The notes: a model not told the origin generated them from the letters alone. Counted from the first letter of the stretch, positions 13,201-27,000 are shown. The stretch: 64,000 bases of DNA from Octopus bimaculoides (GCF_001194135.2 NC_068981.1:169306042-169370041), one strand, 5' to 3'. A program made the numbers and translations.

Positions 13201-14269
13201 GCATACGAAGTCACAACAAGCGCACATAGATATTCGTGTGGCTTACACGTACACATGCAGTCACTTTTTCCTCCCTATCGAACCACTTTACGATAATTGG
13301 CAGAGCTAAAAGTATTAATAGACTCAGCATTAATTGGCAGACGAAAACATCATTGCACAGCAGTCTATATTTGTATTATAGTCTTACACCTCATATTTTC
13401 TCTACGGATCAAGTATGTTTCTTTTGTCTCATTTATTTTAATATCTTGTAAAAGACCAGCTTGCCCAAATTTCTAAATCGATATTCACTAAACATCTGAT
13501 CAGAAAGAATAAATGGGTATATTACATATATTATCTATATAAAATGTCTAGCTATTTATGTTCTTGCTATGATGAATAGTAACTTTATTGCTATTAAAGA
13601 AGTTTGGGCTTCTTTTCAAACTATCTCTTTTTACTCCACACACACACACACACACACGCACGCGCACGCACGCACACACACACACACAAACACACACACA
13701 CATTAGAAAAAAGTGAATGGACGTGAATGTTAGGAGGAAGTCGTTCCGTTTTTTAGTGAGCATGTAGGACTTTAGATCTTCTCGACGGCTTTCGTTTGTC
13801 TCGATTACATAACTGTAGTAAACTGATAACCGAAAATAAAATATATACGGAAATAAATGCTATATAGTAGATTGTACGTTAAAAATACATGAAATGGGTT
13901 AATGAGTTCCTTTCAATATCAGTGACTGAAACACCAAACACATCCTATGTGCAGTATTTACTGCAGCCTAGGCTGTGTGGCTAAGTAGCTAAGTGTGGGT
14001 AATATCTTTAAACATCGGTTTCTACTTGAAAAGATACAAGACTAGTGGGGAAAACAAACAGGCTGAATAGCGTATAAAAACCTCATGTAGCATTTACTTC
14101 TTTTTTACGTGCTTAGTTCTAATACTGCCGAGGTTTAATTTTAAGCATCTATAGAATGAAGTGAGATTGGTTTAATGAAAACAAATTTGTGTAACTTTCT
14201 ATTCATGAATCTATTTATATACATATTTTCATCGATACTCTATCTATCTATCTATCTATCTATCTATTG

Positions 14270-14430
14270 GAAGCTATCCCGTCTGACGCTTTCACCAATC
14301 CACTGGGCTGTTCTTTTATTTATCGACCTCGAAAGTATTAAAGGTAACGGTGACCACAATTGGATTTGAACTTGGAACACCGAGAATCGAAACATTCATT
14401 GTAAGCGATTCTACCCAACGCTAAAGTCCC
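14270..14430 (-). mobile_element. SINE family B, old copy
   Basis: ttttatttatcgacctcgaaag..aaaggtaacggtgacc..atttgaact is the reverse complement of the family B core. Confidence 0.55.
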
Positions 14431-15166
14431 TCAGCCAGTTTTCTGACTTTTGATATACGATATATNNNNNNNNNNNNNNNNNNNNNNNNNNNNNNNNNNN
14501 NNNNNNNNNNNNNNNNNNNNNNNNNNNNNNNNNNNNNNNNNNNNNNNNNNNNNNNNNNNNNNNNNNNNNNNNNNNNNNNNNNNNNNNNNNNNNNNNNNNN
14601 NNNNNNNNNNNNNNNNNNNNNNNNNNNNNNNNNNNNNNNNNNNNNNNNNNNNNNNNNNNNNNNNNNNNNNNNNNNNNNNNNNNNNNNNNNNNNNNNNNNN
14701 NNNNNNNNNNNNNNNNNNNNNNNNNNNNNNNNNNNNNNNNNNNNNNNNNNNNNNNNNNNNNNNNNNNNNNNNNNNNNNNNNNNNNNNNNNNNNNNNNNNN
14801 NNNNNNNNNNNNATGATATATATATATGATATATGATATATATATATATATATATATATATCATATACCCTAACTGTTGCTTCAAAAGACACCAAATAGC
14901 AAGAGTGCCATTTAAATATATACATGTAGATTTCTTGTACATATTTTACCACTGATCTCTTAGTATTTCGGTATGGGACCGGTTTGGGGCCATATGCTGC
15001 AGACTATTCTATAAATATGATAATTTAAGTAAGCATTTTGAAAATAATATGTCACGGTGAATCAAACCCCTCTAATTTACATTGAATCCGACTTGAATCT
15101 AATTCACATTGGAAAGTCTAAAAATTCTCACAAGGACAAACACCTCTCAGATGGATTTATGGACTG

Positions 15167-15197
<31 letters not shown>

Positions 15198-15203
15198 CAT
15201 ACA

Positions 15204-15615
15204 TAACAGAGAAGAGAAACTGCGTATAGTTGTGGAAATTAGTGGCTCAGCGGATGTTGACATAAAGCTGAAGATCAGGGAAAAAGAGAATACCTACGCT
15301 AAGCTATTGAGAAATCTGCAGTTACTCTACCCAGATTAAAAGTTCATGTTAATACCTGTAATTATTGGGACGCTGGGATATGTAACACACTGCCTAAACG
15401 CTAATCTAGAGAAATTAGGCTCCCCAAAACCAGAAAGGAGACAGCTGATTCAAAGACTACAGATCCAATCCTTCACTGGAACTGTAAAAATCAATCTGTA
15501 AAACTTTCCAGAAGCTCATCAATTAAATATATATGAGCATGTCTAGATATGCAAGTATATGCATGAGAAAATATGTATAAAACAAAACACAAAATCTGCA
15601 CGTATACATACATAC

Positions 15616-15646
<31 letters not shown>

Positions 15647-15812
15647 CATACATACATGAATGCATGCATGCATGCATACATACATACATACATAAATACC
15701 CTGTTGTTGATGTTAAAATTCCAATGAAAGAGACTTGCGTCTAGGTTAGAAACCGGCTCTTTCTCTATTGGCAAGAAATCTTGAAATAAAACCGAATAAT
15801 GACAAGCATACA
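15204..15812 (+). mobile_element. 5'-truncated R4/Dong-like RLE retrotransposon embedded in (TACA)n arrays
   Basis: NREEKLRIVVEISGSADVDIKLKIREKENTYAKLLRNLQLLYPD*KFMLIPVIIGTLGYVTHCLNANLEKLG..QRLQIQSFTGTVKI/CKTFQKLIN* is the C-terminal part of an RLE domain. (TACA)n lies immediately 5' (15169-15203), inside the 3'UTR (15604-15695) and 3' (from ~15809). Confidence 0.85.
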
Positions 15813-15850
15813 TACATACATACATAGACAGGAAGATACATTTATATATA

Positions 15851-15890
<40 letters not shown>

Positions 15891-16284
15891 CACATGTGTA
15901 TATGTGAATGTGTTTGTCTAAGAAACCAATAAGTTGAATGGAGATTAAAATTTGATTTGCCTGCGAATATCTTTCCTGATCATATCAGTCCGTTGAGAAA
16001 TGTCAATGTCAGTGATATTATTTTACTGGAACTAGGATGGAATGTCATTGACTTTATTTCAAGGTTTAATTTAATCGGCAGTAGAAGGACAAAACATATC
16101 GTCACATTTAATCACAAAGCTTCACGTCCTAACCTGAAAAAACTATCTGGAGTTAATTTTTCCTTTCATTTCTCCGAGATTGATAAAATGAATATTAGCA
16201 TCATACTTAACTAAATTAGTCGAACACCATTCACTAAGTTTGTTTCTTTGTGTCAAACGTAAAAATAACAACTGTGAGAATCAG

Positions 16285-16435
16285 TGGCTGTGAGAATCAG
16301 TATACAGCCAGGAATGTTTAGCTACTTAGTCTTATGTTTTGAATAAAAATCCTGCCGGAGTCAAGTTTTCCTTTCATCTACCTGTGATTCATAAAATAGT
16401 ATTCAAGTAGAGGCGTTAATTTAATCGATTATTAT
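16285..16435 (+). mobile_element. SINE family B, old copy
   Basis: aaatcctgccggagtcaagttttcctttcatc..ataaaatagta..aatcgat resembles the family B body. Confidence 0.5.
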
Positions 16436-16772
16436 CTCCTCAAATTATACAACTAATTTGTTATTTTTTTAGTTTAAGACCATTGGATCAGTTAATTCTA
16501 CCTATTTTATCATGAACGATGTACACTAGCTACTTGGACTAGCTTTCGATTTAATATAATACACAAAACAATTAGTGCATGTTGGTGTACAGAAACTAGG
16601 CTTCGGGTCAACCGAAACTGCATTCTGCTTTCGAATTCTGGCGAAAGCATGTATTCCATTTTACTTGTTCTACCACAAAGCTTGAAAAATGCAAAAATGT
16701 AGCAACTCTATTTTCTTGTAATAAAGAAATTATTACATAATAATGCCTATGTATCATCTAAATGTACACACA

Positions 16773-16818
16773 TACATACATACATACATACATACATACA
16801 TACATACATACATACATA
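16773..16818 (+). repeat. (TACA)n microsatellite
   Basis: About 11 perfect units. Confidence 0.95.
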
Positions 16819-19800
16819 CGTGATTACACTTTTCTCTGTTATGTTTTGTTACATCTCTTCTGCAGAGAATAAATATTGATCAGGGAGATCTGCTTGGCCT
16901 GATATATTAGCTAGTGTCGGATTCAGGAATTTCTACTATTGACAAATTCTTAGCAGAACCGACAGAGCATTAATCACTTAGTGACGGAACAAACAAATTG
17001 TTTCCTACTCTAATATTTTTATGTACGGGAAATTATGTAGCAGTTTTGCTTGAGCGGCGTTGCGTTCTTGTAAATTAATATTTATCTCGAAAACATTAAT
17101 CATAGCTATCTACTCATGGAAATAACGTTGTTGAATGACTTCTTTAATTATCCCGAAGTCATTGAGTACGGCATAGCATATTTATTACGCTACTGATGAA
17201 CGTTCTGTTTAAAGAAGACCGTTATTTAAGTAAAAACTCAGTTCATTTAAACTTGAGTGTCAAAGACAGTATTTTCCATATTCCGTCATCTTTATTGCGA
17301 TATTTCACTCTCAAATGTAGACAATTCTCATTGGGTTGATTGGATTACTTGTACATTAGCATAAGTAGAAGGATGTGTTTCATAACGATGTGAGCAGTAG
17401 AGGAAGGACCATGTGATTAACGAATGTTTAGTGAGTTATTTATGAAAGGAGAATGCTTTAGTGCAACATGTATCGGAGTATCAGAGCAAGTGCCTTAATT
17501 TGAATACGCTCACTAATGTACTTATAAGTTACATATCTATGAATGTTTATTGTTGCTATAAAGGACATCTTCCCGTAATCAGCTAAACATTATTTGTTTC
17601 TAATGAATCTATCAGCGATCTGACAACCATCTTGCTTTGAATGGTTCACGTAATTAAGGAAATTAAAATTTAAAAAATGAAGTGCTAGTCAAATGATGAG
17701 GTTTACTTGTTTCCATTTTCTATGAAAATATCTCTAGGAGGAAACTATGAAAAAATACTTCCCAGAGTATAAAATCAAAGATTTTTTTTTTTTGTTAAAG
17801 AGTAAATGTGAATATAATTTTCAAACATGAGAATAAGGACCAAATCGATGTTAAAAGTAGCCAAAACTCTGTTACTGACTTCCGTGTGCCGGATGCGCCT
17901 TTATTTTCTAAAAACTGCGGTTGTTGGTCGATTGCCAATCTACAAACCATCGAGCTATATTTCGGTCAGTCGCACACTTAAACAACTTGAATTTAAAGCC
18001 GCTTATTTTTGCCCATTAATGCCCGACCTTACATCGGCAATACATTTTAGGATGTTCATATTCAAGTAAACATTAAAAAGAACAGGTTTGCGATCAAAAT
18101 AAAAATAAATTACTTCAAATGACTTTTAACATACTAAATACGTTTAAAGAGCCGAAAATACGTAAGATTATCTACATTTCATATTTACTTTCCTAATCCA
18201 TTTGTTCTCAAGTAGACATACCATCCAGGCCAATTTTTACCTTTCATCCATTTCTGGACTGCTGTGATATACAACAATATACTCTTCAAGGTATTGGCTA
18301 AACGAGTGTTAAAAATAAATATAGTTAATCGATTGTCTGACACATCTAACTTTTTATTATAAAAACTAAGTTTCGTTGAATTACTATCACTAAAATTTCT
18401 CACAATTCACTCATAAGCATTATAAAAAATATAAATTTTCGACTGAAGTTTCTTTCTTTTTTTTTGCGAAACAAAACCTGTGAAAAAATATTCGGTTTCT
18501 TAAAAGGAAACATAGTTCAATAATGTCTATAATAGAATGGTTATATAATTCCGTTTCAAGTCTGTGGAGAATAAATTATAGTATACACATTTTAGAAGGG
18601 TAAAAGTTTTTTCTGAACTAAACTTTCAACATAGTTTTGAAGAAGACAAGATATTGTCGATGCTTAGCCCTGGTGCAAATTTAATTGAGCAAAACAATAA
18701 TGAAAGAGTATCTAGCTGTGACCATCACGTGTTTGTAGTTGTTGTTTAATCTTGAGCACCCCTAATCAAGTAGAGCTAAAATGATAAGCATTCGATCTGT
18801 AGCTACCCCATTTCTTTTTAGGGGTTTGAAATGTAAATTGTAATTTATATGTAAATTTAGTTAGTGATGATTTATTGATCCTCAAAGTATGCTCGCAGCC
18901 ATTTGAATGTTTAATAATAAGTTCAGTATTACTTTCATAAAGACGTTCATATATGAAATTGGGTCCCACATTTATCTTCAGCATTATTGTAGATAAACAT
19001 ATACAGATAGTTGGTTATAATGCTATCATTCTTGTTAGCATTGCTGCATGTTTTGATATTGAACATTGTTATTCTCTTTCGTCTTGTTGCGTTGTAGTTG
19101 TTCGTAATGGCCGAATCGGTGGAAAGGGAGTACACATAAGATGAGGAAGTGATGTGTGAAGAGAAGACGAAATGGACGTTAATCTGTCGACTGTTATTAA
19201 TGAAGAGTTGTTTTTCTCCAGGCTGCTACTTGTAATGTTTATTGTTGCTGTTAATTGTTGATAGTTCAGTCCTTAATAGATGCAACACCCAAAAGCCGTA
19301 TAGGCATCTCTTTCTCCATTAATGACAAATCGTTTAATGTGTGTATGTATGTATGCATGCATGCGTGTATGTATGCTTGTATGCGTGTGTGTGTTCTCTT
19401 CTGTTTTTAATTATTTGAATTCTTCATTTGAGGAAGGAGCTGGTTCCTAGCACAATTATTAGTATCAGTCGTTGGAATGTAGATAACAAAAACAAATTGA
19501 CATTTTAGACTTGAGAAAAGTCTTGCAAATATTTAAAGTGTTCCACGTACAGACTGCATTTATAATGTGCGAATTAGCTGGTTGATTTCTTTTTTCAGAA
19601 AAGCTTCGCTTATCCAGATTGTAAATTGGGCATTTGCTCAAAACACCGAGTGCAACAATTATGATTGATATAAATGTGAATTTATAATCTAAACTCGAGG
19701 CTGGAGTTTTCGAATCAGTTGTTCTTAGTTATCCACTTTCTCTTTGATTTTAGAAGAGATATTCACATCAGCAGTGCAGCTGATCGCTACGACGACACAT

Positions 19801-19974
19801 ATTTTTCATGTCCGTCTCAACAACAATATCCGATATGTTATGACAGACGTTTTGATGGGAATGTTTCAGCAATATTAGCAGTGTTGATATGTGTGTATGT
19901 ATGTTGATATTTGTGTATGCATTCAATAACAGGGATATACTCCATATTTATTTCAGGACAGTCTTTTTCATAAT

Positions 19975-20310
19975 TTTCCTGATTTTAATGAGGGTCCAAA
20001 GATCCTACCATTTGAGGTACAGGCAGCTATCAAAATTGTGCTAGCAAACAAAACTGTTGGGTGAGACGGAATTGTCATTGAGATGACAAAAGCATTAGAG
20101 GAATATGGAATTAGAAAACTGGCAGATGTAATAAAAAATATCTATAATGATGGTAAATTTCCAGAAAATCTAAGGAAATTCATTTTTATTGCACTCCTGA
20201 AGAAATCAGGAGCGGTGGACTGTGAACAACATTAGTGTCATGAGTCACGTTGCAAAGATCATTCTGAGAATTTTACTTCTGCGGGTAAAAAGCAGAATAC
20301 GGCCTTGAAA
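19975..20310 (+). mobile_element. RTE-clade (BovB-like) LINE fragment, N-terminal part of RT
   Basis: EGPKILPFEVQAAIK..KTVG*DGIVIEMTKALEEYGIRKL..IYNDGKFPENLRKFIFIALLKKSGAVDCE..SVMSHVAKIILRILLLRVKSRIRP matches the RTE GP.IL..EV..A..K..K..G.D and (RT)ISL.SH..K motifs. Confidence 0.85.
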
Positions 20311-22130
20311 TATTCATAATATTGAAAACGACTACTCTAATCTCAACTGTGTAAGAATTGTTACCGAGGTCTTTCTATGACTCTCAGTGGTTGCAACTAA
20401 GATAATAGGTATTTTTGCTATATATAAACACTTCAGCAATTGAATGCGGAATAGTTCGAATGCTTTCCTATAATCAGGTCATACCGTCGCAATGTTTCTA
20501 ATGTGTTTACATCAAACTCTGCAGCTCTGTTTACCAAAAGTTGTTCGGTACATCTCCAACTGTCTTCTCAACAGTCACTATATTGTTGGATTTACAATGA
20601 TCCTGGGGAAATTGACTAGAGCAATTGCGTACTGTTTGTTTAGGCAAGCAATGGGACAATATTCTTTGCTAACTCTGTGGTTTCATTCTTGGCCACAAGA
20701 TTCCTCCGTGATATAGGAAGATAATTTGGAATGTTAATCTAACGTTCCGTAGTCCTTTAAATGTAAATATTAATAGTTTTCTGTAAGATGTCAACCTCTT
20801 GTACCAATATCCAACCATTAGATCTCATCTAAGTGCCTTTCCCCCTTATACAGTTTGCTTACAGATGTAGTGAAAGTTTTCAAGTCACTTGTATATGCTT
20901 TACCGACAATGTTGGTAAAGTATTCTCTCCTAACTGCATTGCATCACGATGCATTAAAGTTGAAATCCCTCTTCGTATTCCAGATTTGTGATGATAATGA
21001 TTCAAGATCTTTTTGAGAGGAGGTTTTCTTAACAGGGTTTGCTTCCCTTCCTCATTAGTCTGTATAATGCACGTGGGTTAAAATCAAACCTGTAACTGAT
21101 GCTGGCTCATTTTAAAATGTTCTCAGTGTCCTGAGTGCGCGCTTTAGAGGTTGTGGTGAAGTGTCACCATAGAGTTTTGTTATTTTTGCATACGATGCAA
21201 TTACATGAGGTCTGAACTTATTACTTCCTTTACATATTATTAGCATGGTCAACCATTCACTATGGTGGCGCAGATTGTTCATATGTTTTTCCAATTTTTT
21301 ACTAAATAGAAAGGTTGTTTCCGTTTAGTAATTTCATTACCATATATAGTGCAGATTTCTCGTCGATAAATTTCGAAATTAGAGCAGTTGGAGTTTTCTT
21401 TAATGTAGTTCAGAAGGGCCTGTCGCTAAAAGATAGGTTTCGAAAAAGCAAGCAAGCTTTTTACGAGCTGTGGTTTCAAGATGTTCCTAAGTCGAAGATA
21501 TGTTACAGTCGTTTCTGTTGACTCAGCTATATTTAGAGATACTCTAGAATTTAGTGATGGCGGGAGCAGTGTGTTTACATCATTTTCGATCCGTCTTTTG
21601 GCAAATTTTGGTAAGTTTTCAGTGTTTCCAGAAGTTCGATTATCATTACGAAAGCAAGTAACTTTTGTCACTTTTGTTCCCGAAGTTGTTCCGCCGTAAA
21701 AGTGTTGAAGTTGGGGTGACCTTAGTCCCGGTATGTTTTTAATTGCTTCACATGTCCGATAGAAAGATTATCGTGAACCTTTTTCATAGCACCAAAGTAG
21801 ATCTTGGTTTAAATATAAAGTCCAAGTAAAATGAGAAGAATACTTAACGTCTTAAATAGCTTAGTGTTGTTTACATCCATGGCGGTTTTATTTGTTCCAG
21901 CAACAATTGTGCCAGCAAAATTCTCTGTGGTATAAGGCATATCTTCTAAGATCTCAGAATGATTCTACGTTAGTAAGTAAAAGGTGTCTCTTATTTGTGA
22001 TTGGAAAATGGAAATAGTTACAAATTTTAGACAAGAGGAGTCGACATAAATTGTCAAAGTAAACTTCAAAAATTATTTTAAACGACACTCTACGCTTGCA
22101 CTTGCACGTCTAATGTTGACGGCACCAGGT
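20310..22130 (-). mobile_element. 5' half of an R4/Dong-like RLE non-LTR retrotransposon (N-terminal domain plus start of RT), heavily decayed
   Basis: Minus-strand fragments in order: FTWT..LNQDLLWCYEK..HPNFNTFTAEQLREQ (R4-type N-terminus); SQIWNTKRDFNFNAS; EYCPIACLN (cf. NYRPI.CLN); RCTEQLLVNRA (cf. GC.EQLLIN); DYRKAF. Many stops and frameshifts. The 5' end abuts TACA/TA repeats at 22131-22257. Confidence 0.8.
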
Positions 22131-22150
22131 TGTATGTATATGGGTATGTA

Positions 22151-22215
<65 letters not shown>

Positions 22216-25200
22216 GTAAGTACATATATAAGTATGTACGTATGTATGCATGCATCATTGTATATAATAAGATCGAAAATTGTTCAGAGTTGTCACAGAA
22301 TGGCCAGATATCAGATTCACACTTTACAGAGTTCTGCTTTGAGTTGATATTAATTTATTTTCCGAGGCTATCTCTCTTGTGATACCTAGACAGAGTTAAT
22401 CCTTAAGATAATAAGTTTCTTCTCCTCTGTGTAGATGGCAATTAAATCGTTGATAATTTAATGACTCACTGATTTTGCATCAGTTTCCAATTAAATTTCT
22501 TAGTTTTCATTTGTTCGTAGGAGATTGAGGGCTGCATTATCAAAAATAGTGCTGCGCATTCCACAAGTATTCAAAAATACATTGGATACACTCCTAGAAA
22601 AACCCGTCATTTAAAAGAGTCTGTGACAGACTGCATTTTCGAAAATTTCTTTCACTTTAAGACACTATGGTGCGGTAATTCAAGGTTAGTATACGGTCTG
22701 TCTTTGATTCGTTTTCAAATAGTATATCAAAAATAGTGAATCCGACACCTTTGGTTTTTTTCCTGGTATGTAGAATACGCAACATATTCTTATATTTATT
22801 TTTTGGATCCGATTTATTGTGTGCAGTCGATCGGTCATTGATAAAATGGTAGAAATGGTAAGGATTCAAGCGCATTTCATTTGTTTTGAATCAGTAAATG
22901 AAAAACAGCGTTTACAAAAGTCGCAGATATAATATTTCGTTGGAAAGGATGATGTTTGTAAGAAAGAAGTAATGTACGAGAACGGAAGTTTCAATCGCAG
23001 TGGAGTTAAGCATGATCTTATTACACTATGAAATCCAGCACTACATCGGTGAGTTGTAATAAGACTTGCTTTATACTTCAAAAGTTACAATTATTGCGTG
23101 ATAAAGACATTATTTATTAGTTAGAAAGTAGAAGAGATTGATTCGATATATCTATCTAGAATCATTGTCCATACAAACTATTCATATATCATAACTCAAA
23201 ACTCTAGGGAAGTTTTGATAATGATTTATGATACAAAAATAAACAAAATTTTCATTCTCAAAGGATATAATAATTTTCCAGAATCTTGCAGCTTCCTTTT
23301 CGTATGATTATAAAATACTGCTATGCATTTATGTAATTCCGTTTAATGTAGCATGTTTGTTATTATATCTCCTCACCAAGACTTTTTTATGGGAAATACT
23401 GCCAGACTAGAGAACATAAAAGTCTTCTAGTGACTGGCTCTGGACTGTGTCTCAATAGTTTATCAGTGTCAATAAACATCATAAACTACTGATGAAATAT
23501 TTAAAATATAGTTTTTACAAAATCGCAAGAGCAACATCAACAATAAACGTCAAGAACAGCAGCCTGAAAAAAGCATAAAGCAAAAAAGCAAAACTAAACA
23601 CACCGACAACAGTAGACAGATTATCATTAATTTTGGTCTTCCTTCTACACTATTCTCCTTCAACCTCCTCCCCGGCATCATGATCATTTTTACACCGACC
23701 ACGACGACGACCACCGCCGACGCCGTCACCACCAGCACACTCCAGCAATATCGCCAACAACAATATAAGAACAACATAAAGGAGAAAAATAATTTAAAAT
23801 ATGGAAACAAGGAGCTATACCAAGAGGTATAACAGTATAATAAGCAACAGAGTGTATATTGTTCATATTGTACAATAGTGTTGAAGATAATGGAAGCCTA
23901 AATATTTTAGGAGTAGATAGAAACCAACAACCTATAAGCAAATGGGAAAATGGATGCTAATAATCAGAAATTAGTAAGTAAATTACTATTAATTAAATTT
24001 ACATTCATAATAACGAGAAGAAAATCAGTATCTTAAGGTGTAATTGTAATTGTAGCCTAGAAACATAGGTGAGGCAACCCAGGAATATAGACCAAAATTC
24101 CTCTAACTGAGGTATCTATTATTTATACATACATTCAAATATATAAATATATTCACGTACATATACACACACAAACACACACACACAGACACACACGAAC
24201 GGATTTACGTGCATTATATGTATACATGAAGTATATATGAATATATATTTACATATGTATACATATACACACACATATATACTCATATACAACTCAGGCA
24301 TTTATATTAGAAACCACATAGGATAATCATACATATATGTGTGCGTATAGATACATGTGAGTGTATGTATGAACGTTTGTGCGTGGAAAAGAACTAGATG
24401 GGACCATATGAATATTAGCAAAAATGTCCAATGAGAACGTTTGGCAGAAGCAAACACGATTTTCTGATCGATAAAAAATACTTAGGTAATATCCGCAAAT
24501 CCAGCTTGAGTACATTGACTGCCGAACGCTAATATAGCGACGGTAACATGTTTTCTTATTGTAGTTTTTGAAATCAATAAACTACATTTTATTGTGTTGT
24601 TTTGTGTAGTCTGTGCTTTGTAGCTCATAGTTATATATGTTTATTGATTCTTATATACACATAAACAAAGACACATGAACACTTTCAAATACACAGACAT
24701 CGTTATATATATATATATATATATNNNNNNNNNNNNNNNNNNNNNNNNNNNNNNNNNNNNNNNNNNNNNNNNNNNNNNNNNNNNNNNNNNNNNNNNNNNN
24801 NNNNNNNNNNNNNNNNNNNNNNNNNNNNNNNNNNNNNNNNNNNNNNNNNNNNNNNNNNNNNNNNNNNNNNNNNNNNNNNNNNNNNNNNNNNNNNNNNNNN
24901 NNNNNNNNNNNNNNNNNNNNNNNNNNNNNNNNNNNNNNNNNNNNNNNNNNNNNNNNNNNNNNNNNNNNNNNNNNNNNNNNNNNNNNNNNNNNNNNNNNNN
25001 NNNNNNNNNNNNNNNNNNNNNNNNNNNNNNNNNNNNNNNNNNNNNNNNNNNNNNNNNNNNNNNNNNNNNNNNNNNNNNNNNNNNNNNNNNNNNNNNNNNN
25101 NNNNNNNNNNNNNNNNNNNNNNNNNNNNNNNNNNNNNNNNNNNNNNNNNNNNNNNNNNNNNNNNNNNNNNNNNNNNNNNNNNNNNNNNNNNNNNNNNNNN

Positions 25201-25625
25201 NNNNNNNNNNNNNNNNNNNNNNNNNNNNNNNNNNNNNNNNNNNNNNNNNNNNNNNNNNNNNNNNNNNNNNNNNNNNNNNNNNNNNNNNNNNNNNNNNNNN
25301 NNNNNNNNNNNNNNNNNNNNNNNNNNNNNNNNNNNNNNNNNNNNNNNNNNNNNNNNNNNNNNNNNNNNNNNNNNNNNNNNNNNNNNNNNNNNNNNNNNNN
25401 NNNNNNNNNNNNNNNNNNNNNNNNNNNNNNNNNNNNNNNNNNNNNNNNNNNNNNNNNNNNNNNNNNNNNNNNNNNNNNNNNNNNNNNNNNNNNNNNNNNN
25501 NNNNNNNNNNNNNNNNNNNNNNNNNNNNNNNNNNNNNNNNNNNNNNNNNNNNNNNNNNNNNNNNNNNNNNNNNNNNNNNNNNNNNNNNNNNNNNNNNNNN
25601 NNNNNNNNNNNNNNNNNNNNNNNNA

Positions 25626-25723
25626 ATAGCTGGGTGAGGTTTGTTTTCCATGGGTTCGCAGGTGAGATTTGAGGCCAGCCAAGGACAGACATGGTCTGTC
25701 ACAGACTGTGCACACAAAAAGGT

Positions 25724-25727
<4 letters not shown>
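25626..25727 (-). mobile_element. Single C2H2 zinc finger, most likely the C-terminal finger of an RTE-type LINE ORF
   Basis: KDLFVCTVCDRPCLSLAGLKSHLRTHGKQ contains C-x2-C-x12-H-x3-H at 25712-25650. There is no TGEKP linker. It is flanked by a (TA)n run and an N-gap. Confidence 0.6.
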
Positions 25728-25754
<27 letters not shown>

Positions 25755-25959
25755 AGTGTATATAATATATATATATATATAGGTACATACCAGACGAACC
25801 AATGGCTCGTAATGAGACGCAGTTTAGGGCAGCGATGTCAAATTCTCTTATACACCAGATGTGCCATTAACACTCTTGATTGGACCATATCAGGTGGGGG
25901 AGAAGAGCCATGCAAGGAACGTGGAGAGAGCACAGCATAAAGACGGAAAATCACGGTGG

Positions 25960-27000
25960 TGTATATATATACCTTATATATGCTTGTATATATATATTAC
26001 ATATACTGATATATATATAAATACATTACATATACTTGTATATATATCTTATATATACTTATATATACTTTATATATACATTATATATCCTGATATATAT
26101 GTATTGTATATACTGATATATATATATATACATTACATATACATTATATATACTTATATATAAATATACATTGTACATATATATAAATTGATATACGTTA
26201 TATATATTTATGTATATATGCATTATATATACTGATATTTGTATATAGATTACATATACTTGTATACNNNNNNNNNNGACTAACTCAATAGCACCACCTG
26301 GAAAAGTCTTTTAGTTAATTATTTCGGACACCATGGACCACTCGAGCAGAGAGTTGCTCTTGGTTGAGACGTATTTAGGTTTAGATGGTTTATCCGGTAT
26401 TCCCTGGAGGAATTTGTCCAGGTACCGTTTGAAAGTTCTGGGGTCTTGTTCTACTTTAATTTCTTTTGGGATAACACAGAAAAGTACAGGACCATTTGCA
26501 GTGAAGAAATTGTGTCACAATGTTGTGATGTGATCTCGACCTTCGTTTCGGACGCATTGCACGGGGGCCTAGGCTTGGGGGAATTGTAAACATAATACCA
26601 ACATCATTTAGATAATATTCGTGGAATATATATGTATATAAATATACATTGTATATACTTATATAAATTCATACATTATATATACTTATATAAATATGTA
26701 CATTATATATACTTATATAAATATATTCATTCTATATACTTATAGAAATATATATATTATATATACATATATAAATTTATATATTATATATAGGTATATA
26801 AATGTATACATTATATATACTTAAATATATATACATCATATATATACATATATGTACCTATATATACCTATATATATACTTATATATATATACATAATAT
26901 ATATACAAACATATATATACTTATATATATATATACCTATATATATATACTTACATATATATATATACCTATATATACTTATATATATGCTTATACACAC
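25960..27000. repeat. AT-rich degenerate minisatellite (~28-bp unit tacattatatatacttatataaatat) plus TA-rich repeats
   Basis: Repeated units at 26640-26830 with related units at 26040-26260, interrupted by a LINE fragment. Confidence 0.8.
26278..26620 (-). mobile_element. 3' end of a CR1/L2-group LINE ORF2
   Basis: HNFFTANGPVLFCVIPKEIKVEQDPRTFKRYLDKFLQGIPDKPSKPKYVSTKSNSLLEW..* has the F...GP.LFN.IPK.I....FK..LDKFL..IPD.P C-terminal motif. Confidence 0.75.

Noticed and set aside
16604-16665. Two small adjacent hairpins (TTCGG/CCGAA; TGCTTTCG/CGAAAGCA)
   Set aside because: Stems of 5-8 bp are expected by chance in 64 kb; no RNA family signature.
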